A stretch of DNA of 40,684 bases from the NCBI GenBank assembly GCA_003644925.1, contig QNDS01000002.1, positions 1 through 40,684 of the forward strand, given 5' to 3'. Below the pieces are notes generated by a model that worked only from the letters and a program-made list of their open reading frames with translations, was not told the origin of the DNA and ran no database searches. The DNA comes from Candidatus Fermentibacterota bacterium. GTDB taxonomy: Bacteria; Fermentibacterota; Fermentibacteria; Fermentibacterales; JCC-6. Positions 35,638 through 40,684 of the stretch are shown here, piece after piece (position 1 is the first letter of the stretch; each line of letters begins with the position of its first letter). The translations under genes were made by a program, and so were the position numbers.

Positions 35638-38235
35638 ATGAAAAATAAACTAGCTATTTTTGCAGGGCTTTGTATGTTGGTTTTGTTGTCTGTTGTTTGT
35701 GCTCAACCGTGTGGGGTTTTTGGCACAGTGTATGAAGGTGATGGTTCTACTCCTGCGGTTGGGGCGTTAGTTACTGCCGAAAACAAGAGGACTGATGAAA
35801 TCAAAGAGTATACTACTCTCTCTGATGGTTCTTACGGTATCGACTTCCAAGAACTTTGTGAGGGTGGGGATCTAATTTTCATCCAAGCAAGTAAAGAGGG
35901 GCATAGTGGCTCAAGAACAGGATACCTTCCTGCCGATCCCCATTTTTTAACTGATTTTGATATTGTCTTGGGCGGGGGTTCAACTTCTACCACTACTACA
36001 ACTACTTCAACTTCATCAACTACGACAACCACCCACTCCTCTGGTGGTTTGTCGATATCTCCCTCATCTCTTGAGATTTCACAGAAGGCTGGTGAGGAGT
36101 CATCTTATTATCTTACTATTTTAAATAATGGGGGTGGAACGATGATAACGGCGTTCGTTTCAGGCATCCCTACTGATTGGGTGTCCCTCAGCCCACAGAC
36201 ATTTTATCTTAATAGCGGAGAAACACGAGTAATCCAAGTGGAAGTGGACATCCCGGATGATGAGAGCGACGAAGAAGCAGGCTATATTCTAGTTAACTCC
36301 CAACAGATACCAATTACCATCGAGATCGAGAAGGAATACTATGAGATCATTGACAGGGAATGGTTTGATGAGGATGAAAGCATATACCTTGACGACTATG
36401 AGTTTTTTATCACGAAAATAAGTTCATCCTACATCAAGGTGGATTTATACGAAGATGATGATGAAATTGAAGAGAATGTGCGGTGTGATGAGGACGAGGA
36501 AACAGAGATAGGATCACACTTTAAGATAGAAGTACACGACATTAAAAGTAGTGATGAGGTGAAACTTTCATTATACGCTGATGAGGAATTAGAGGATGAG
36601 CGGAAAAGCTATGAATACACTCTATTCGATGATGCAACAGTTAACACGGGCACATGGCTTAACTTCGAGTACGGTCAATTCTATCTCTACTTCAACACTG
36701 TAGCGGACACTGGAGCCAGAATCGACTACTATGAGACAGCACAACCCCAAACAATAAGCTGTTTCATAGGATCTGATTGCAAGATAGGGGACAACATACT
36801 CCTAAAAGTAACATCAATAACCCGAGGAACCAGCTTCGGAACAGGAATGCTGACAGTAACTCTGAAATCAAAAAACCAGTACATGGTCTACCAAAGCAAC
36901 ACCCCCTTCCAGGGCAGCCAACAAAACACCCCCTTCCCGGGCAGCCAACAAAACACCCCCTTCCCGGGCAGCCAACAAAACAACCCCTTCCAACCAAGCC
37001 AACAGCAACAAACACTAACACAAGGAAACATATACATTTCCATAGCCGGCGGGAAAATAGCACCCAACCACAAAGTGATATTCTACATAAAAGACTACAA
37101 CAACATGCCCGTGAGAACTGGTACACTCACTGTGGATGTGGATGAACCCATATCGGCAGACATCAACGAAGGGCTTGCCACCGTAAGATTCCCCCAAACA
37201 ATTGAGTGCCCGATACTAATCACAGCAACATCAGCAGGATATCAGACAACCCCGCAAGTATTCACCTCCTGCAATGAAGAGGAAGGAGAAGATGGGATAT
37301 GGTACTCAACCACCGGAGGCAAAGAGGAGGGCGGTGAAACCGAAACAGAAGATAAGTTAACAATCACCAAATCCAAGCCAAAATACTACCTCGACGACAC
37401 AATAGAACTGATAATAACCTGCGACAACAAAGGAGTTGATGATGCAACCGTTACAGTGGAGTTTCCCGATGATGATGAGAAAGAATACACCACAGACTCA
37501 GACGGAAAAATCGAATTCGACGCAAACGAATACGGGACATACAAAATAACAGCCGAGAAAGAAGACTACGATAAAACAAAAGAGGAGATAACAATAAAAG
37601 AGAAAACAATGTCGATATCAATCAACCCAAAAAAACCAAAAATAGGGGATACTGTCTCAATCGCTGTCGGAGCAAGTGATGGAAGCTCAATAAAACCCAA
37701 AATAACAGTGAACGGACTATCCCTGCCCACCAATGCAATAACCCTATCAAGTGCGGGACAATATGACATACAAGCAGAACTAGAAGGATATGAGACAGCA
37801 ACCTACACGTTCACCATCGAAAGCCCAGCCACCGTAATCCACCAACCAGAGAACCTAGCTCTAAACGAACCCTACACAATATTACTGGATAAGCCAGCAC
37901 TATGGACAGTGCAAAGAGACGAAGAAATAATTGAATCAGGAACACGAGCAGAGATAACCTTCACACCCACAGAACCCGGACTATACAGTATCATAGTGGA
38001 CGGAAAAACAACAACACAATATGAGGTGGGTGGGGGAACCAACATCCTATCCACCGCGGTGATAGTATTCATCGTCATCGCCGTAATAGCAGTGCTCATC
38101 CTAGCGAAAAGAAAACAAGCAACAACAGTGAAAGAAGCGGGCGGGCTAAGAGACAAGAAAAAAATGACGGACGTGGACAAAATCGCAGAAAAAATAGCGA
38201 AAGGCAAAGACCTAGACGTAACACCCTACTCCTAG
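35638..38235 (+). CDS. Secreted 865-aa surface protein: carboxypeptidase-regulatory-like N-domain, Thr/Ser stalk, acidic region, NTPFPGSQQ repeats, Ig-like domains, C-terminal TM.
   Basis: Signal peptide; FGTVYEGDGSTPAVGALVTAENKRTDE; STSTTTTTTSTSSTTTTT; TAVIVFIVIAVIAVLILAKRK. Confidence 0.7.
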   Translation: MKNKLAIFAGLCMLVLLSVVCAQPCGVFGTVYEGDGSTPAVGALVTAENKRTDEIKEYTTLSDGSYGIDFQELCEGGDLIFIQASKEGHSGSRTGYLPADPHFLTDFDIVLGGGSTSTTTTTTSTSSTTTTTHSSGGLSISPSSLEISQKAGEESSYYLTILNNGGGTMITAFVSGIPTDWVSLSPQTFYLNSGETRVIQVEVDIPDDESDEEAGYILVNSQQIPITIEIEKEYYEIIDREWFDEDESIYLDDYEFFITKISSSYIKVDLYEDDDEIEENVRCDEDEETEIGSHFKIEVHDIKSSDEVKLSLYADEELEDERKSYEYTLFDDATVNTGTWLNFEYGQFYLYFNTVADTGARIDYYETAQPQTISCFIGSDCKIGDNILLKVTSITRGTSFGTGMLTVTLKSKNQYMVYQSNTPFQGSQQNTPFPGSQQNTPFPGSQQNNPFQPSQQQQTLTQGNIYISIAGGKIAPNHKVIFYIKDYNNMPVRTGTLTVDVDEPISADINEGLATVRFPQTIECPILITATSAGYQTTPQVFTSCNEEEGEDGIWYSTTGGKEEGGETETEDKLTITKSKPKYYLDDTIELIITCDNKGVDDATVTVEFPDDDEKEYTTDSDGKIEFDANEYGTYKITAEKEDYDKTKEEITIKEKTMSISINPKKPKIGDTVSIAVGASDGSSIKPKITVNGLSLPTNAITLSSAGQYDIQAELEGYETATYTFTIESPATVIHQPENLALNEPYTILLDKPALWTVQRDEEIIESGTRAEITFTPTEPGLYSIIVDGKTTTQYEVGGGTNILSTAVIVFIVIAVIAVLILAKRKQATTVKEAGGLRDKKKMTDVDKIAEKIAKGKDLDVTPYS
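36898..37005 (+). repeat. 27-bp tandem repeat, 3 near-perfect units plus 1 degenerate unit, in frame.
   Basis: aacacccccttcc(a/c)gggcagccaacaa x3, then aacaaccccttccaaccaagccaacag. Encodes NTPFQGSQQ NTPFPGSQQ NTPFPGSQQ NNPFQPSQQ. Confidence 0.85.
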
Positions 38236-38241
38236 ACCAAA

Positions 38242-38709
38242 ATGCAGAAAATAGAATCCAAACAGGCGATCGCCATCGGAGCAGGAGCTGTCGGAACAGC
38301 ATTCATGTGGAAAATACTCAAAAAAAAATTCAGGAAAAAAAGAGAAGGACTATACGTTGACTTTGACGGCACAATATGCAAAAACAAATTCCCAGATGTG
38401 GGAGAGCCAGAACCCTACGTCAGGGAAGCCCTCACAAAAATGATAAAAAAATATGATATTGTCATACACAGTTGCAGGACAGCAAAATACTGGACGGAGT
38501 TCTTCAAAGACCATAAGCCAGAAGAGCAGGTTACAGTCATAGAAAAATTCATGGAAAAATACAAGATACCCTACACCCGCATAGAAACAGACCACGACAA
38601 ACCCTTCGCCCACAGATACATCGGCGACGAAGCCATCAACTACAACAACAACTGGGAGGAAATAGCATCCAAACTCTTGGAGGCGGGAAAAAGTGATCAA
38701 AAAAGCTGA
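38242..38709 (+). CDS. HAD-superfamily phosphatase-like protein with an N-terminal hydrophobic segment.
   Basis: The motif YVDFDGTI is the DxDGT nucleophile motif. ...VIHSCRT is motif II-like and KPFAHRYIGDEA is motif III/IV-like. Confidence 0.5.
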   Translation: MQKIESKQAIAIGAGAVGTAFMWKILKKKFRKKREGLYVDFDGTICKNKFPDVGEPEPYVREALTKMIKKYDIVIHSCRTAKYWTEFFKDHKPEEQVTVIEKFMEKYKIPYTRIETDHDKPFAHRYIGDEAINYNNNWEEIASKLLEAGKSDQKS

Positions 38710-40177
38710 CTTGGTGCTTACAGAAAGATGTAATCTGAACTGCGTTCATTGTCAAAGTAGAGATGCACGTATCACAACATCCACCGGTATCAAAGAGATA
38801 AAAGACGTTGAGGTAGGGGATGAGGTATTAACCCTCTCTGGCAAGTTTGCTAAAGTAGAAAAAATATTCTCCCACCATCAGAGTCCAGCAATACTTTCTA
38901 TAAAACCCCATCACCTCCCCTCTGGGAAGATGACAAGCAATCATGAAGTTCTTGTAATGGAGGGAGGTCTAACGACAAAAATAGAAGCAGGCAAACTAAC
39001 TTTAAATCATTATCTCATAGCCCCTAAATCCAAAAAAAATAAATTAAATGAACTAAAACAATCCGAATTCTCAACGGAATTTGAAAACTATTGGGCAATA
39101 AAAGTGCAGGAACTCAAGTCAGTTCCCTACTCAGGGGAGGTATTTAATCTACAAGTCGATGATCCAAACCATAGCTATGTTGCAAACGGAATTGCTGTTG
39201 GAAATTGTTTCATGTACGACGCAGGCAATAATCGCACCATCCGGGAACCCTCCCAAAAACAAGTGCTTGATACTTTTGAAACTCTCGCATCTAATGGGAT
39301 TACTAAATTGAATATGTGGGGTGGTGAGGTTCATCTACGCCAGGATTTCTATGAGATTCTCAAGGTTGCATTGGATATGTTCTCCCAAGTGAGCATACAG
39401 ACTCATGGGGCGATTGAGACCTATCTGGGGTTCATCCACAAAGACTATCCTACTCTTGGTGTTCATGTGAGCTTGGAGGGGTGGGGTAAAGATGATGAAG
39501 TAATACGTGGGCGGGGGCATTTCCTGAGAGCCAAACGCAATATTGAGATATTGGCTCAACAATTAGGGGAAGCTCTGACGATAAGAACCACCATATTCAA
39601 TGGAAACAACGTCATCCCCCTCATACAGGTGGCGTTGGATTTAGGTTGCTCTTGGGTTGGTGTCAGATTCAAACCAGTGGGGCGGGGGCAGAAACTCCTG
39701 AAGCTACAGCCGTCTCAGGAACGGCTTGCTGACTTATACCGGCTTGTTGCATCAATACGGAAGTCCCACAAGAACATTCTGCTGGAGGAAACCCCCTTCT
39801 ACCTCTATGATGAGTACCTCTCCCAGAAATACCAGAATTATTTCCTGAGGAAAGGGTTCGCCTGTGAGTGGGGTAGGCGGATAGTGGTTGACGTGGACGG
39901 TAGGGCTTTTCCATGTCCATACGCTATGACGGATTCATTAGGTCTCGGTTCAATACTTGAAGATGACTTCAAGGTTATCGAAGAAAACTACAGAACACTC
40001 ATAAAACAACGCCAGAACACGGAATTAATAAGCCAATGTAACATCTGCCCACTACGTGATGCCTGTTTCGGGGGTTGCTCGATTTATTCATTATTTAATG
40101 AGGATAAGCGGCTGGGTGATCCATTATGCCCAATTCCCTCACTACTTAGTGGAAACGGAAGCCAAAAACAAAAATAG
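38693..40177 (+). CDS. Radical SAM / SPASM-domain enzyme carrying a mini-intein.
   Basis: CNLNCVHC (CX3CX2C); GGE motif (WGGEVHL). The C-terminal SPASM pattern is CEWGRRIVVDVDGRAFPC ... CNICPLRDACFGGC ... C. GTG start overlapping the HAD gene end by 17 nt. Confidence 0.85.
   Translation: MIKKADLVLTERCNLNCVHCQSRDARITTSTGIKEIKDVEVGDEVLTLSGKFAKVEKIFSHHQSPAILSIKPHHLPSGKMTSNHEVLVMEGGLTTKIEAGKLTLNHYLIAPKSKKNKLNELKQSEFSTEFENYWAIKVQELKSVPYSGEVFNLQVDDPNHSYVANGIAVGNCFMYDAGNNRTIREPSQKQVLDTFETLASNGITKLNMWGGEVHLRQDFYEILKVALDMFSQVSIQTHGAIETYLGFIHKDYPTLGVHVSLEGWGKDDEVIRGRGHFLRAKRNIEILAQQLGEALTIRTTIFNGNNVIPLIQVALDLGCSWVGVRFKPVGRGQKLLKLQPSQERLADLYRLVASIRKSHKNILLEETPFYLYDEYLSQKYQNYFLRKGFACEWGRRIVVDVDGRAFPCPYAMTDSLGLGSILEDDFKVIEENYRTLIKQRQNTELISQCNICPLRDACFGGCSIYSLFNEDKRLGDPLCPIPSLLSGNGSQKQK
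38750..39205 (+). other. Mini-intein (152 aa, residues 20-171), no homing-endonuclease domain.
   Basis: Block A CQSRDARITTSTG..VGDEVLT. Block B MTSNHEVLV (TxxH). Blocks F/G VFNLQVDDPNHSYVANGIAVGN, followed by the +1 Cys. Excision rebuilds CNLNCVH-CFMYDAG. Confidence 0.75.
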
Positions 40178-40188
40178 GTGATATCAAA

Positions 40189-40542
40189 ATGCGTGAAGAA
40201 TTAACAAAACACAAAGTAAAAATAGAACAACAAAAAGACGGCAAAACCTACGGTTGCATACTGGATGAAAACGACCCACGGGGGGACGCAGTATGTTTTG
40301 TTGAGGGTGAGGGCATAGAACGGATTAGCGGAACCTTCAAGACGATAGAGGATGAGAGCACCATAAGAACAATTCCAATGACCTCGATAACTGGCACACA
40401 ATCTCAGGTAGAGAAGATGGATTTGCATGATTTTGTCGCCGATAACCTGCCCATCTGGCAGAGACAATTAGAGTCCAAACGGAGGCGGGGGCTTGGCTCG
40501 GAGGTTGTTGATAAACTTAAGAACATGGTGGGGGGTGACTGA
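40189..40542 (+). CDS. Hypothetical protein (117 aa).
   Basis: ORF track; ATG 11 nt after the radical SAM stop. Confidence 0.45.
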   Translation: MREELTKHKVKIEQQKDGKTYGCILDENDPRGDAVCFVEGEGIERISGTFKTIEDESTIRTIPMTSITGTQSQVEKMDLHDFVADNLPIWQRQLESKRRRGLGSEVVDKLKNMVGGD

Positions 40543-40550
40543 AATGGCAG

Positions 40551-40684
40551 GTCAATCACCCCTCCCTAACCCCTCTTGAGGGGGTGAGGAAGGGGCTTGT
40601 TCCGTGAGGGGCGAGGGCAACTGGTTGATTAGGGGGTACAAAAAAAGAGAAGATGGAAAATGTGCAGAAGTTAGTTGGGAGAGA
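40551..40684 (-). mobile_element. Probable right end of a third, divergent TnpB-family IS running off the window.
   Basis: The minus strand ...ggaacaagccccttcc-hairpin-gggaggggtgattgac/ctgccatt parallels the RE of the complete IS (...ggaagccccttcc-hairpin-gggaggatgtcac/ctgccatt). Both share the flank ctgccatt. Confidence 0.3.

Noticed and set aside
36764-37145. ORFs 36764..37126 (-) and 36777..37145 (+) with repeated PGRGCFVGC / PLPGQPTKH units.
   Set aside because: They are alternative-frame readings of the 27-bp tandem repeat inside CDS 35638..38235.
23015-38235. A diversity-generating retroelement targeting the lectin-like or Ig-like surface genes.
   Set aside because: No reverse transcriptase is present in the window, and I found no template/variable repeat pair. 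The two GWNII modules share only a 16-nt identical stretch.

Overview
Archaeal-type accessory region, roughly 43-45% GC by eye. Supporting signs: TATA boxes about 30 nt upstream of many ATGs (leaderless or short-leader transcripts), GGAGG/GGTGA-type SD sites inside operons, one class III (type IV pilin-like) signal peptide, poly-Thr stalks and very dense N-x-S/T sequons. I could not recognise any rRNA, tRNA, CRISPR array, NTPase, polymerase or integrase. Left to right: (i) The right end of an IS200/IS605-family TnpB element (1-89, +) and a complete inverted copy (14099-15469, -) bracket about 14 kb. That interval holds a minus-strand operon (membrane-anchored JAMM/MPN+ protein, YdjM-like hydrolase) and a plus-strand run of small, tightly packed ORFs (PCNA-like clamp, RHH/AbrB/wHTH-like proteins, a pilin-like protein, Cys-rich secreted proteins) that resembles a virus- or plasmid-derived module. 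(ii) A ~23 kb island (15471-38235) consists almost entirely of secreted or membrane proteins. It includes a paralogous family (cysteine module ending C-x-GC-x2-G-x-C, poly-Thr stalk, C-terminal TM anchor) and a 2819-aa LamG/propeller/Ig-repeat giant. (iii) An operon encodes a HAD-like phosphatase and a radical SAM/SPASM enzyme whose CX3CX2C motif is interrupted by a 152-aa mini-intein. Other signals: IS-end-derived hairpin mini-elements, perfect in-frame tandem repeats, a structured intergenic RNA candidate, a shared promoter block, and a mosaic of G+T-rich and A+C-rich blocks with synonymous-codon switching inside single genes. All domain calls come from motif recognition by eye; no searches were run.
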